A DNA stretch of 64,000 nucleotides from Lama glama (GCA_028534125.1 CM052817.1:70248001-70312000); one strand, 5' to 3'; shown: positions 1 to 14,320, counted from the stretch's first letter. Notes: generated by a model from the sequence alone, not told the origin. Numbers and translations are program-made.

Positions 1-109
1 GAAATCATAATCTCACCTCCCAATCAAGCAGATGACCCCATGCTGAAGCTCTGTCTGAGGCGCAGCAGGCCCTTAAACGGCCGCTCCCTTGTCGTTCTCA
101 GGCCTCTGG

Positions 110-200
110 GAGGGGTTACAGGATGATTATTCGTTACAGATTCAGACACCAAACCACAGAGGTTAAGTGATTTGCCTGAAGGTCAGCAAAATCTGCTTCT
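110..200 (-). mobile_element. MIR SINE fragment
   Basis: 'ttacagattcagacaccaaaccacagaggttaagtgatttgcctgaaggtca' resembles the reverse-complement MIR core (acagatgaggaaactgaggcacagagaggttaagtaacttgcccaaggtca). Confidence 0.65.
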
Positions 201-3200
201 CCCGGGGCAGAGCAGAGCTGTTAGAATTTTTCCAGAGTCCCACACTAACGCGCGTGTTGTGCCGGGGCCTCTTCCTACGGAGGATTCAGTTCCCAGTCTT
301 GAGAGTTCAGTGCCATCGCTGCTCCAATAAGGCGCTTTCCTGAGTCAGACTCTTCTTTTGCTGAGATCTTGCTTGACTGCATTTCAGACAGTTTTACACA
401 GTGGCAAAGACTGCCTGCCTCCCCACCGCGCCTCACTGGGTGTGCCTAGCATTCACCCTTCATTTCCTTCTTTAGCTTAATTTTTAAAACTTCTGCAGCC
501 TTTCACCAACCTAATAGAAACTATAATACCTCATTAGCAAAGGGTTCGACAGTGTCATCCCGAGGCATGGTGACTTCGGGCGAGGAAGAATTAGCAGGCA
601 GGGTGAATGCTAAAGACAAGGGGCGTCCATGCTGTGTGTTACTGTAGTAATGTTCTTAGTTGTGAGATGTGGGCAGGGGAAAAATTCTAACAGGTAACCC
701 ACACACAAGCTTATTAGAAAAGAGATACATTGCACGTAGGTAACCCACCTCCTGATTGCCTTTACACCAGTTAATAAGGAGAATGAGCTTAAGGACATTT
801 TTCTTCAAACCTGTGGATTGAATGACTTAAGGATGAACACACTAGAATGTCATTCAGTGAGACAGTGGGATTCATGCTCCTGCAGAAATCTGGTACCTCA
901 AAAGCTTGGGTTAGAACCTACATATATGAGGTCCGTCGGACTCTAGCATTCATCTTGTCAGATAACAATGATTTATTTAGCTCCTATAATGTGCAATATG
1001 GATTTACAAGGCTTTGGACATTCCAAAGATTAACCGATTGAAAAAATTATCCTGAGAGGAATCTGTGCCATCTATTCTGCTCCTGTGATCCTTTCAAAGA
1101 TTGGCAAAAATGAGCTTACTTCTGTTTCTCCTGGGCTAGGAATACCATCAGTTCCAACGGCAGAGCAGCATTCTGCCTTAATATCTAGCTGCCATCTTTA
1201 AAAGCAAAGAGATTTATATTAAAACATGCATGTGGGGAATTCCTAGACCTGTCATCTGTTCTCCTGATTACTCCTGGCAGTAGACACATGTTGTCGTCCA
1301 AGAGCCAACTGCACCTGTGTGAGGAGAGTACACCTCACAGGTGAGTGAGGGTTGCTTCCTGAAGAAGGGATGGGGGGTGTTAAAAAAAAAGAAAGGATGG
1401 CGCCCTGATAGACTCCTTTGAAAGATACTAACCCTTTTAGAACCTTGAGACCTCAACAGCAGATAAATATTTTTCCTAATAAGTGCCCAGAGGGAAAATG
1501 TTATGTATTTTACTTTCTTCAGGATCCAAACTCAGCTGCAGGCTGAACTCTCTCAAAAAGTTTCAAAAGAAAGGCAAGCCAAAATGTGCAGGCATACCAC
1601 CAAGCTCCTATAACTCTTCCAGTTGTGGCCTTGAAACAGAGCACAGGGGGCCCAGAAGAAGAGGGAGAGAGAGTTGGCAAGACCAGTGCCTGGCTGACTA
1701 GTCTTTTCTTCTGAGTCAACGTGCTCTGGTTTACTTCGCCACCCCATATTTAAGGGAGTTAAAAGAATAATACACAAATGGAAGGAAGTTGATAATATTC
1801 GGATTTCATTCACTTAAAGATGGGTGAGGATATTACCTATGCAAAATTATAGCTCGCATAAGATTTATAAGATGGCACACTGAACATTGTTCATACTTTA
1901 TTTAAAAATCTTAGTCTATGATCACAAAGAAACTTTAAATTGAATATACAAGCCAACATTAATAATACTTTAATTTTAAAATACCAGCACTATATATATA
2001 TTATGAGAGCTGAATTCAGAAATGCCATTTCAATGACTACATTATATTTCTCAAGTGAATGATAATACAGAAATAGGTCATGTAGAAATGGACAGAGTTC
2101 TCTGATTAAACTGAAAATGGGTTCGTCCAATGGTTATGCATAAGCAACCCCAGATTAACAAAAATTCCTATGCTAAAATTCAATATTATTAGAAAAATTA
2201 TCAGAAAGTTAACCTAATAATAGTGAGGGAAAAGTAACTTACAGTTGTAACATGAAACCAAATAGTGTTCACTGGATATCTGCACGTTGATAGGGTAATA
2301 AATAACCTCTCTAGTGATATCAGAGTCACCAGTGAAATCCATTTACGCTTCTTTTGGTGTAATTTCAGATGGTACTTTGGGGTTGTTAAGGAGGCAAGAC
2401 CAGGCATCCTGGTCCTCACCCTGTCACCCTCTGCTGCCTCTGCACCTGAGTTGTGTTTAGCTCCCTGTGGACTCGTGTTTTTCTGTGGGACAGCTGGGCA
2501 TGGTTTCCTGCCTTCAAAATCTTGCCCTGACTAAATTTGCCACCCTCCAAAACTGGGGAAGTTGGGCAGGGGAAGGGAAGAAAGAAGGTGCTCCAGATAA
2601 GAGAGAAGACACCAGCATGTAGCAACACGTGTGTTTGTGACACCTGAGTTTACACACAGCACACGACCACACGTTCACCTGAAGCAACCTGCCACGTGGC
2701 ACAAACTCCCTTTATTTCTGTGAAATTGTACCGTTAAGGAGTATGTGCTGCATTCTCTTTATCAAAGTGTGTGGGTGCCCTGGAATGGTAGGAAGAGGAG
2801 TCTCTCTTTTCCAGCCATATGCTCCCCTCAAATGGGGTGATGCCAGGCTGAAAGGAGAAAAGAGCTGGCATCCGTGGAGGATGCTTCAGCTCTGCGAGTG
2901 TCCTCGCTGGGTCCCTCCCTGGGCACACCATTTGGGAGGCTGAGATGAGGAGGGGTGCCTGCCCCACTGGGGCCCCGCGACCTCAGGCACAGCTCCATTG
3001 CTCTGTTTAGCCTTCCCTTAAGCCCTGTTCAAGGGCTCCTCTGAGGGCCGCTGGAAGGCATGCCCACTGCAGAGATACAGGGTCCCACCGGCTGCCTCTG
3101 GCCTTCCCTGGACTGGCCAGAGCTGGAGTGGGGGCCACGGAAACATCCAGACACTCAGTCATTGCCTTGCCTCCGCCAAACGTGCCCGAGCCCCCAGCCC

Positions 3201-4454
3201 CAAGACTCTTCCCCTTTGTGACTCTCACTGCTCTGTCACCCCTTTATTCACTTCCTGTATTTTCACTCAGGTGTGTTTTCTTTCCGAGGCATATTTTGCA
3301 TGGAAGAGTGCTTTCAGTGAGCTGAGGGCCTAATTGCCAAATCATGGTTGCCAAAACATGTTACTTTGGCTTCAAGCTAGTACAAAGCAGGAGGCGTTTT
3401 CCCCTCTGGGAGAAGAAAGGCTTCTGTAGCAGCCCACGGGCCATTTGCAAACACAAGGGGCTGAGGCCTCCATGGACCTTCCTCCAGCCAGTGAAGGTGG
3501 CTCCACTCCCGTCACCCTCTCACTCAAGGCAGCCTCTGAGGCAGGGGCCCTCAGGTGGCTGGCAGCTCCAGGGGGAGCGGAGGGGGCCTGGGCTGCCGAG
3601 ACTCGCCCACCCCTCCCGCCTGCCCTGGGCCGCCAGGCCGTCACCACTTGGGTTCCTGCCCCTCATCCCACAGGACGCATCTGCCGGATCACTGCAGACA
3701 CGCAGCCCAGCAAGCACCGGAATTCCAAATCCAGACAGATCTGGGCCCCGGGGGAAGCTGGATGGAACCGATCAGTAGGAGATATATCGCTGCTAATTAA
3801 GTCCTGATCCCCTGGCTCCACTTGAAATAAATCAGGGAGGGAATCAAGTTTTGAGAGCAGGTGCTAACTGGTTGCAAAAGACCAGTCCATCACTTCAGGA
3901 AAAGGTTTTGCAGGTAGGTCTCCGAGTCCCGGCTCTGGGAGCCCAGGCTTTGCCGAGAAAGTTCATGACTGGACAGAACCCGGGGCTCCTGTTTGCCTTA
4001 GGACACCAGGAGCGGGTAAGAACCCTCCCTTGCTGTAACAAAGAACTATTCTCCCATCCTGTTTGCCTCTCGATAGCTGACTGACTTTCTCCTCGCATGG
4101 ACAATGGCATAATTTAGAGGCAAGTAAACACTCTCCTGGAGATGCCAGCGGCAGTTTCTTTGCGGCGCAGACAATATGGTGTTTGTTGGGGCTCAAATGC
4201 CAGTCAGAATGGGCCCCACACAACCTCCCACACGGCTCGCTCCTTTCCCAGACTGTTTAAGAAGAAACATTCTAAGCACAAATGTGTAAATAAACTTAAT
4301 TGCGAATATTTACTTGAAGACAGCCTGAGAGTTCTATGAGTATTGTGTGGGTGTGAAGAGGGAATAGGGTTGAGTATTAAGGATCTGGACAAATACCCTA
4401 ACATTTTTCCTTCTTCAGAAACTTTGCCCATACTCTCGAAATCTTGGTTTTAAA

Positions 4455-4750
4455 TAATGGCTAGCATGGACTGTGTGCAATTCTGTGTGCCCGGGGCTCT
4501 GCCAAGTGCTTCACACACATAACCATTTAATCTTTACAGAGACCGTATGCGGCAGGTGTGGCTTAGAAGGGTTGAATAACACATCTAGTCAATGACCAGC
4601 CAAAGATCTGAATTCCATCAGAGCCTGTATTTTCTAGTTGCTAGATGCTATTTATTCTGTCTCCCAATCTTTGGATCCTGCACAGAAATAGCAAAATACC
4701 GTGCACACTGTGAGTGCCCAACAAATACAGTGAGTGAGTGAAAGAATGTA
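4455..4750. mobile_element. MIR (-) followed by L2 3' end (+)
   Basis: 'aataatggctagca...ctgtgtgcccggggctctgccaagtgcttcacacacataaccatttaatct' is antisense MIR. 'gtgagtgcccaacaaatacagtgagtgagtgaaagaatg' resembles the L2 3' terminus. Confidence 0.55.
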
Positions 4751-7700
4751 TGAGTCTCAGGTAATATTAAGGATTAGCCCCATTTTCATATTGTAACAGT
4801 AACCTGGGAAATTGTTCTATTCTGTGTTAAGTCTAACAGTCTGGAGAGCTCATATTTGGGGGACAATATTTGTATTGAATGAAAAACTGTATTCTGAGGG
4901 TCTTCCTTTGATCTGCGTGAAGAATGTTCTTAATCCTGACAGCATTGGACCTACACTGGCACATTTTGATGAAGCTGCAGGCAAGTTGGCTGAAGTTGCT
5001 GGCATTGACTCCGGGAATCATTATCAACATAATTTCCTTTTTCTTATGATATGTAATCCCTTTCCTAGCCTCACACCCCAGTCTTCCGACTCCTCTTGAT
5101 ATTGGGAGCCTGCTGCTTTGAGTCATGCATCTAACCTCTGAGCTCAGGCTTTCTCTGGAATGTGTTCTGTGTTTATTGCACTATTTATTAGTTTTGTAGC
5201 AACAGAGCGGAGAGCTTCCATGGTGTCTTTCTTTGAATTGTGCTCACTGTTCAGCCCCTTACAAAGAGTGGTTTGGTTTCTTGTTAGCACGTGAGCTAAC
5301 CTGAAAGATCATTTAGAGTTAAAGCATGGCCGTTTATGAGAAACATTGCTTTATGACTGTTTATGAAAAGAAAATTATTTCACCTGATGGTGCTCGGAGA
5401 TACTCTGAGATGAGAAGGGGCTGAGCTCCACAATTAAAGCACAGAATTGAAAATGCTAAGGCGAGTTTTAATGGCTGGGTTCAGCTCTGTGGGGGTGGCC
5501 AAGCCCTGACCCTCCTTTATTTTCCGGCTCTTCCACTGTCCCTTTGGTCCATCATGAGGAGCTTGCAGGTCTCTCACTCCAATTTACTGTTGCTGTGATG
5601 AAGAATGAGTACTGTTGGTCAGGGATTTTTTTTTTTTTTTTGCCAGTAGGTTTAGTTTAAAAAAATGTAACCCAAGTAGAGGATGATTGATTAAGAAAAC
5701 TCCAGATCTGCATACTCCCATCCACCCCTAGCCACCATTTCCTGAAGTACGACTTGCTTAACTATCAGTTAAATTGCTTTCTTACTTTCATCCATGTGGA
5801 TCCCTGTCCATGCAGACAGATTCCCCTAACTCTTTAGAACCGTGACCTTTAAAGTCTGCCTGAGGAATGTCAGTGAACTGCACATTTTACAAAACTGATG
5901 TAAGATTTGTTTAGAACTTCAGAAAAAAACGAGAGGGGAGAGGGTAGGCATTACATTGCATTTTTACAAGAGGCCCATTCAGCAGCACAGGATATGGCGA
6001 AAATAAAACAGGATTGGGTGGGATGCATGTTTGGGTTCTCAGGGGGCTGAAATCAAAGAGGTGTGCAAACTATTCTGCATAAATCCCTGCCATCCGCTTT
6101 GATAAACGAGATTACGGACTTGAAAGGTCGATTATATATTCTAAAGGAGAAATGCCAGGTTCTTGTTAATGTTTGTGCCTGTCAGGATCTTAAAATAGAC
6201 TTGAGTGAACTAATCACATTGATGGCCATGTACAGCAGTGGGGTAAGAGCTTAATACAATTTTATTACCTCCTATGAGCAAATATTTGCCTCTTGAGACA
6301 CACCCATTCCCTCCAGAATAGTCTTTTGTAAACAACTGGCTCCCCTCTTACAAGAGCTGAAATCTTTATGATGTTTGGGAACGCTGAAACCAAAGGCTAA
6401 ACAGCTTATTCGACTCTTGTCTTACAGCCAGGAATGCTCACCAGCGGATTTTTCCTTCTCGTCTTTCTCCCCGACCATGCCCAAGGCATGTTCTAGAAAA
6501 CTAACATTGGCAAAAATTCTCTTCCCCTTCCCAGTTTTACTCCTCGAATGACGAATGGTGCATCTTTCAGAATGTCCCATGTAGTTCCAGCAGATGAACA
6601 TCCTTCCTCCATTTTCCTCCACCTTCATGAAGCTGGAGCATTACTTGAGTCTTAGATCTCTGATAGGAAGAGATGAGAGTCATTTCTGATCATTCTGCTG
6701 CCAGGATTGAAGCCTCCAGGATTTAAGCTGGACTGCTTCCATGGCTCATGGAGATATAATGAGTGTCTCCCCGAAAGTGCCTTATTATAATTGAGTGGAC
6801 GCTAGGTTAATATCATCTCTTCTAACATGTGAGGGTTGTGGGACCACGGGAAGCATTCATTTCAGTTACCTTCACTTGGTTCCTTTAACAGGGCTAAACA
6901 TATTAAAAGAATGATATTTTTCATGGTGAGAATAGAGGTGGTATCTTTTTTCCCCCATTAACACGTGGCTTGGTGTGTCTGTGTGTGCACTGGTGTTAAT
7001 GCTCGCTTACAGAACTGCATTTCAGAATTATTTAGGACTATTTCATATCATTCCCATTGTCAAAACTGGCTTAGTCTAAGCAGATTAAAACAATTCTGGC
7101 CTACATGGGAATCATCTGTGTTCCAGCTAGCTTTCAAAATTAGGAAAGATTAGTTGATTCATATGTAACTTCTAAAAATGTGTTCAGCTTGTTAATCATG
7201 CTTAAATTCTATCGAAGGAAACATTGCTTTTGCACCGTTATAAGCCTCCTTTCAAATTGCTCGCATAATTTTGGAGACATAGAAGTTACCATTGTAGCCT
7301 GTTGACGGTTAGTCTTGGAGTCACATACTGTATGATACTGTGCGGTGGGTCTAAATTGTGAGTGTAAGTGTGTGTTCGTATTATGTGACTGTGAGGTGTT
7401 TAAGTTGGGCTAAACCGCTGAACAAGTAGAACCAAAAACTGTATTATAGTTTAAACACAACAGGAGTTAATTTCTTGTCCAAGGTGAGTGTCTCAGGGCG
7501 TGAGTGGCTTTCCTCCGACGTGGTTTTCCTTCAGAAAGAAAAGGAAAGAGGTTTGGGGTCAAGCTAGCAGTCTTTACTGCCACGGGTAGTTGTTTGTGTC
7601 TGATACATGCACACATTCGTTTATATTCAGGCAACATCTACCCGGAGCAGAAATCAGTAGAAACAAATCACCCACACATACCTATGCAAACCCAAGAATA

Positions 7701-10059
7701 AAACTAGCTCCTCTTTTACAGAAGCAGTAACATCTATTAGGTTTGGGGAAAATGAAAACCACTGAAAATGGCCCCAGCAGAGAATGCCTTTTCCCATTTT
7801 GTCTGTAATAGCATTAAATCAATCAGTAAAAGAAACAGTTGCCAAGAGGAAGAGCCTGGTAGGTGTGAGAACTAAAGGGAGAGGCTTTCTGCCACCTCGT
7901 CTTTCAGAGTTTTATCACCATCCTCCCTCCTCCTTCACGTTTCCTCCTAACATCAATTTCTGTTTGTTCATTGCTACTTGAGCAAGTCTCTGTCTCCCCC
8001 TCCTTCAGGCAGCCCTGACCACCCAGGGCTTCTGTGGCAAGAAAAGATCACATCTTTTCCTCCCATGTGAGGAATATGCCACATAAGCAAGATTCCCAGG
8101 AATATCAATTATTTAAAAACATCACTAGATTACTGGATGTAAGACAAAAGAAGTGGCTGGAGTTCTGGTATCTGCTGAAGTTGTGGCCATCTGATAAACC
8201 TGCTAGCTTCCAAAGGCAGATGTCTTTGAAAGAGGGTCCAGCTTCTTGTATTGGTCAACACCTCAACCTACACTGAGAGTGGAAAAGAAGGCAAAAGCTA
8301 CAACTTGCAGAAGGAAGGGGGAAACCCACAAAGAGGCCAAATTGACACTTAGCGTGTGCTCTTTTGCTTTGGTGACATAACACACCATGTCAGTTCCTGG
8401 CATGCTGCTTTTCTGGCTTGCCTGAAGTAACAACAATGCCAGTTGCTAGAAATACAGAAACTATAAATGGTAACTGATAATATTATGCATATTTTTAATG
8501 ACTTGAAAAAATGTTTTCAGAAAACTGCCTTGGAGGCACTAGTTTCATTTCTGTAAATCAAGGAAGTGATAAGATTAAGCTGCATAAATCTATGCTTTCT
8601 TGGGCTGAGCAGCTCCAGCATCTGCCCAAGCTTCTGGCCAAGTGCTAGGCAGCCTCTGGCCTTGTCTTTGGAACAGAAGTTTGGAGGAATCCCCAGAGAA
8701 GGGGGGAGGGCTGGACTAGGTCTGAACTGCGAGCTGGGATTCAGCTGCTACCAGCGTTGGCCTCCATTGACTGCGTCTGTTTGGAGGCCATTTGACACTG
8801 TGGGCTGGGATATCAGCAACGAAGTCATTGTTGACCCCTGATTGTACCTGAAAATGAGAATCAGTCGAGTCCCCACCTTCAAATATTGCACCTAAGAACC
8901 TGGTAAAAAAAAAAAATCTTGCTAATGGTGGCACTGTCTTCATTTAAGCATTGGTGTCGGGTTTTCTCTTGAGCCCAGAAATACGTATTTCCTTAGTAGA
9001 CTTTTTGATGTGGAGAGCCTTCTGAAAGCCAACATCTCTGTCTTGAGAGTTAGTGGGAAGTGTCAGAAAGTTCTGGTCTTGACCAAAGCAGCCTCTGTCT
9101 TTCTTGAAAGTGAATTTGTGGCCCAAATGTCACCTTTGGTTAAGTTGCTATAGTAGATTGTGTTAGGTAAGGTTTCTAACCAACCTGCCTAATTTGTTCT
9201 GCTTCTGTGTGACCACCTCTGACTGCTTTACAAAGGGTCATTAGAATACCATTGCTCTTTCTTACCACCCTTCCTGCGTATGTTATAAAGGGATAACCAA
9301 CTATTTAGATTTGCCTGGGTTTGAGATTATCAACTTTTCCATTAGTTAGTAGAACAGAGATTCTACAAGCTTTGAGCGTGGATAAAAATTTCCATCAAAG
9401 TAACATTGTTGTGTTTTTTTCACCTTTATATATGAGGTAAATTTGGGTATCTTGACACTTAATTCCACTGAGATGCTTTGCAGAAACTGTAGAAGTTTTT
9501 GGCTAGCACAAAACAGAGATTTCAATTACTTCTGTTGGCTTTGAGAAAATCAGATAAACTTCCTGTTCAGATACAGCGCAGAAAAAGTGATTTACGTAAA
9601 ATTTACCCAGAATTGAAACTATTTTAGCATTTAAAAAATCAAATTGCTTAACTCAGTGGTCTGTGAGGACGAAAATCTGGTTGAGGACGTATAGGTCTGC
9701 TTCTCTGTTTCCTTTGGCTACTTGTATTTCACTGTAAGTCAACCAAAAGTTGATGGAATTCACACTCAAGCTATTTCGCTACTTGCTAGCAACTCTGGGA
9801 AAAAAAGTTGTTGGGGAAAACGTTTGAAATTAATGATTTAAGTAAAAATGTTAGATTATGTGGGTTTATTTTAATCATTCCATCCCCAACCCCTTTAATC
9901 AGTACGAGTCTACAGGGCGATGGAGCCTGTCTTGCCTTTGGAGAGCCCTGCGAGGTCACTGCCCAGCACAGCGGACACATCCCAACTCCTCCAGGCTGTC
10001 CTTGCTGCCAAAACCACTCATCTGTGTTTTCCTCTGCTGGCTCCGTATATTATTACTCC

Positions 10060-10200
10060 CATTTGTATGTCTCATCACCCCAACTAAATAGTAAGTCTCT
10101 TGAGGTCAGGAGCTGTCTTCAATCTGTTTTCTCCTATAGTATTTATCAGCACCTCATCCTTTTAATAGTTTGTTCTCAAAATGTTTGTTGGAGGAACAGA
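10060..10200 (+). mobile_element. L2 LINE 3' end
   Basis: 'agtaagtctcttgaggtcaggagctgtctt...ctcaaaatgtttgttggaggaa' matches the L2 3' terminal consensus pattern. Confidence 0.7.
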
Positions 10201-10869
10201 TGAAATTGGAAACTCATGCCATTCTCCCCAACCCTTTGATTTTTTTTAACCCCATATTCATACTTTACAATTTGCCCTTCAAAAAAAAGCATATTCCTTT
10301 TGATCTTCCTGATTAATAGAAATGGGAAAAATTCAAAAAATATGAAGAGAAGCAATAAAAAATCAGCTTCAAACTTGTGCCAAAACAATATGCCCTGTTA
10401 TTATTTGGTATATTTCCTATCAGTGATTTTTCTGTACGTGTGTGTGTGTATGTGTGTGTGTACACAGTTGGGGGGGGTTCTGTTTTATTACTTGCAAACA
10501 TACCGTATTAAGTTTTCCATGCCACTTTTTTCACTTAAGAGTTACAATATAACATTTTTCTCCATGTCTTAAGACATTTTTGGTTATATTATGTTCCCTC
10601 ATATGAATATACCATAAATTTATTAGTTAGGCTCCCTTTCAAGTTGCAGGGCCAGCTAAACCTGAAGCAAAGCAAGAAGAAGAAACATTTATTATAATGG
10701 AGTATAAAACTTGACATAAAATTAGTGTAATCTTAGGGATACAGTGATAAGTACCAAGGGCAGGGTGACAGTATGGAGCTGTGAGGGGAGAGCATCTCTG
10801 GCTGGAACAACCAGATAAAGCTTCATAAGGGAGATGGTACTTGATCTGGGCACAAAGGAAAAGTAAAAA

Positions 10870-11230
10870 TGATAATGACTTAAATGTTGTAAGGGCAGAC
10901 TACGTGATACACTATACTAACCATTTTATGCAGATTTTCTCATTTAGTCTTCAAAACTTTTGCTCTTGTCACTTAACAACCACAGAGTGATATTTTCCCC
11001 ATGTCTTAAGACATTATTGGTTATGCTGAATTCCATCATTTGAATTCTGTATATTCCATCATATGAATACATCATAATTGATTAATTAGGTTCCTTTAAG
11101 TTGCAAAACCAATTCAACCTAACTGAAGCAAAACAAACTTATTATGTTTATTATCAGATATTTTCATCCCCATTTCACAGATGAGAAGACCAAGGCTTTG
11201 GGAGGTTATATAAACTCTCCCATGTTCAGT
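10870..11230 (-). mobile_element. MIR SINE split by a duplicated local segment
   Basis: The left part '...ttttatgcagattttctcatttagtcttcaaaac' (to ~10957) and the right part 'atccccatttcacagatgagaagaccaaggct...aggtta' (from ~11150) are collinear MIR halves. Confidence 0.65.
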
Positions 11231-14099
11231 TAGGATTTTGACATTCTGAAAGGAGGAATGGAGACTGATTTGGATGGTGGGGCAGCGGGAGGCAATTTAA
11301 AAAATGAATATCTTTACAAAAAGCATCAGTAGCCACATATGTCTCCACAGTGTCACAGTGTGTCTGCTCCTTGGGTGCATTACGTTAGGACCTGCCAGAT
11401 GGAGAAGACAGGAAATAACTACCTTTCACGGTGGCTCTTTAATGTGGTTCCTTAAGCAGCCATCTGTGCTACCCATTGCAAGAAACCGAGGATTTCAAGT
11501 CATCTCTTGAATCTTCTGTGTGACCGTTTCTCCCATAACGGCTCCTCAGTTGAAGATCAAAGGCCACCAGACATTTTAACATAGAGCCAACTTCTAATAA
11601 GTGATTTCTACAAAGATGGGTAATTCAGGTGGCCTCAGAGAAATGCACACACGTACCAAATAAAAACTTCAGCTCATTTCCATCTTTTAAAATGTGATGC
11701 ACAATCTGTTAAAAAATAAGAGTTTGCATCAGTCTAACATGCTATATTGAGCTGATTCTCCTATCTACCTAAGACAAAAGTCTCTGTCTAGGAGGAATGT
11801 GCTTAGGACTTTGCAGAAGCCCCTAAACACCTCTCCTGACTCATTCTTGCCACTTTGCCTCATAACTCACAATGCATATGGGAAAGGTCTAATTTCTTCG
11901 TTTCCCTTTGCTCACTTGTTGCATGCAGGGAGTCACCAACTGGAGGTGGCAGCCCCAGGCTGTTGGAATGGCTGCAGTGGGTCTGTCTTTGAAGTCCTAC
12001 CCTGCAGTTATCTCTCATTGCACCAGGCGGGCTGTAAGCAAGCCCGTTGCATGCAGCTGTCACCATTTAAGCCAGCGAGCGTTTGAAGATGTGCCGCCCC
12101 CACCCCACCCCTTGTGAGGGAAGCCAGAATAGAACAAAGTGTGGTCTTCCCATGAAATCGTTTGACTGCTTGATAAGAGTGTGAGTCTGCACCTTTTCCC
12201 CTTGATGGAGAGGCTAGGGGGGAGGGGTCATGGAGGAGAGGAAGGTGGCATTACCTCCCCTTTGCAAACGTGGAACACAGGTAGCTGGAACAGCCACATA
12301 TGTTTATTATGCTTCTTGATGACAAAATAGTTCACTTATGGTGGAGATGGTGGTGACGGCATCGGGAGGAAGAAAAAAGGGAAGGCGGGTCTCAGAATTT
12401 CTGGAGGATCTGTCACACGAGCCTCTCCCACGCAGTGCTTCTCACCTCTTCCCCTCTGTGTTCAGAGCACAGTTGAGACCCTGACTCCTCACACTGCTGT
12501 CGAACATATGTTCTAAATGAGCGGTGAGATAATGTCGCGGCCGTTGAGGCGAGCAGCATCAGCTGTGGTTTTTGATTTCCTTACCATGTCTTTATCACCT
12601 GACAAGTGAGTTGGTGTCGCCCCTGGAGTGTGAGCCAGGACAAATTCTTGCCACCTCTTTTCCCCACGCCCAGGGCTCATCTCACCCAAAGAAGCAGACA
12701 CTCTTTCAAAAGCAAGTGGCTGACCAGAAGGGTACCGCATTTGCCCAGACCTCCCAACCGTCTCATCCAAACTCCTCCTTTTGGGTAGATTTCTCTGTCG
12801 CTGCAAATACCACACAGGGAGAACTGGTGCTTGGCTTCTGGAGAGCGATCTGTGTGACAAAACTACTTGCAGGATCCAAGCGAGGACCAAGGCGCCGGCC
12901 AAGTGCTGGGGGATCGACTTGTGCTTTCTCTGACCAGCTGTCCTCCTGGGTAAGCCGCCCCGGCGGCCGACTTCGCAAAGGAGCCAAGCGACCAACAGCA
13001 GATTGCTCATCTTACAAACAAAAATGCAGACGGGACGGGAGGAGAGCCTGCGTAAGCTGAGTTACAAACTGCTGTCAGGCCTGGGTGGGAAGTTGGTGGT
13101 CAGTGATGGGGCCTCAGGTTCTCTGCTGCTGGAAGGAAGGGACACGACCTGTTATTCAGGCTGGAAAGACAGTGGAGGAATTCCTGGTATGAGGACTGTC
13201 GGCCTCTCTCTGCATCTGCAGACACCATGTGGCTGGCCCCTTGGTGGCCTGGGAGATTACATAAAGGGCTGGAAAGCCCGCGGTCTTTGGGAAGGATAAA
13301 CATCTTCCTTCTGCCACCAAAGCAGTAGCAATTGTGGTTCCAGGATGGGAGGTTTCAAAACAAAACTGGGCCAGTGCTGTTGGCACTGCGCTGCCTCCCA
13401 GAAGATACCATCAGCTCTCATCAGACACCAATTTTCTAGTTTGTGGATTACCCAGACCTTTATTCTTCCCTTCCTATTTGGCAGAATCAATAAAACAAAA
13501 TTCAGACTGCCCAATTTTTCTATTTGTAAGCACTTTATAGAAAAGGTTTGGTTGCAGAAGTGATTCAAGCGACTGAACGAAATTCAGTTTTCAGACCACG
13601 TGTGCCTAAGAATGGCTTGGCCTCTTGGAGAGAAGTCTGAGAGGGGTCCCAGGGCTTGGCCAAGTAGGTCCCGGGTCTCCCCGTTCCTTCCAGCTTAAGC
13701 TAGTGTGAGGCCAAGAGGAGGGTTAGACCGGTTCCTGTTTTAGCGTTTTCGGTCCTCAGAGGGATCCCGTGTCCTCTCACAAAGCTCTGGGCAGCAGCTG
13801 GGACACTCTGGCACGAAGCATATCACGGTCTTGGTGGAATAACCTTCCGAGTTAAGAAGTCCTTGGAGGAAGAGGAACACCCAGGATGAAGAATTGCCCA
13901 AGTGCGGTGACGCCATTCTTCATAAGAGGGGTTGTGGAAGCAGCAAAACTATTTCTTGGGAGAAGTGGCATGAAGACTGTGTGTCACCCTAAGACTGACA
14001 CTCTGTTGACATGGAGAAATGGGTTCAGAGAGGGACTGCGTCCTGCTTCATGGGCTCCATGCTCCAAGCTGTCGTTCACACACCAGTTCTGTTAGGGGT

Positions 14100-14320
14100 G
14101 TCAGAACTGGGCCAGGAGAGTTTGGGGACGTCTGGGTTTGAATTCTCGACTCGCCACTTGAGAGATGTTTATCCTTTCTGAGATGCAGATACCTGGTCTG
14201 GAAGACTGGGACCATCTTATCTGTTGAAGAGAGCTGGTGAGTAAGATAAATTAGATACAGCGTGGAAGGAGTCTCGCCCCGTGGGGGGAGCTAGAATAAG
14301 CACTCAGCACGTGTAATTGC
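14100..14320 (+). mobile_element. MIR SINE
   Basis: 'ctgggtttgaattctcgactcgccactt...gtaagataaattagat...taagcactca' follows the MIR consensus. Confidence 0.6.

Noticed and set aside
2691..2700. Perfect palindrome GCCACGTGGC (E-box)
   Set aside because: A single 10-bp palindrome is expected by chance in 64 kb and is not enough on its own.
4812..5099. Protein-like stretch 'PTLAHFDEAAGKLAEVAG' with a possible GC donor (cag|gcaagt)
   Set aside because: Weak acceptor, and no protein I can recognise.
12513..13060. Overlapping 165-aa (-) and 162-aa (+) ORFs in a CpG-richer patch
   Set aside because: No known family, no convincing splice context, and no pseudogene hallmarks such as poly(A) or TSD.
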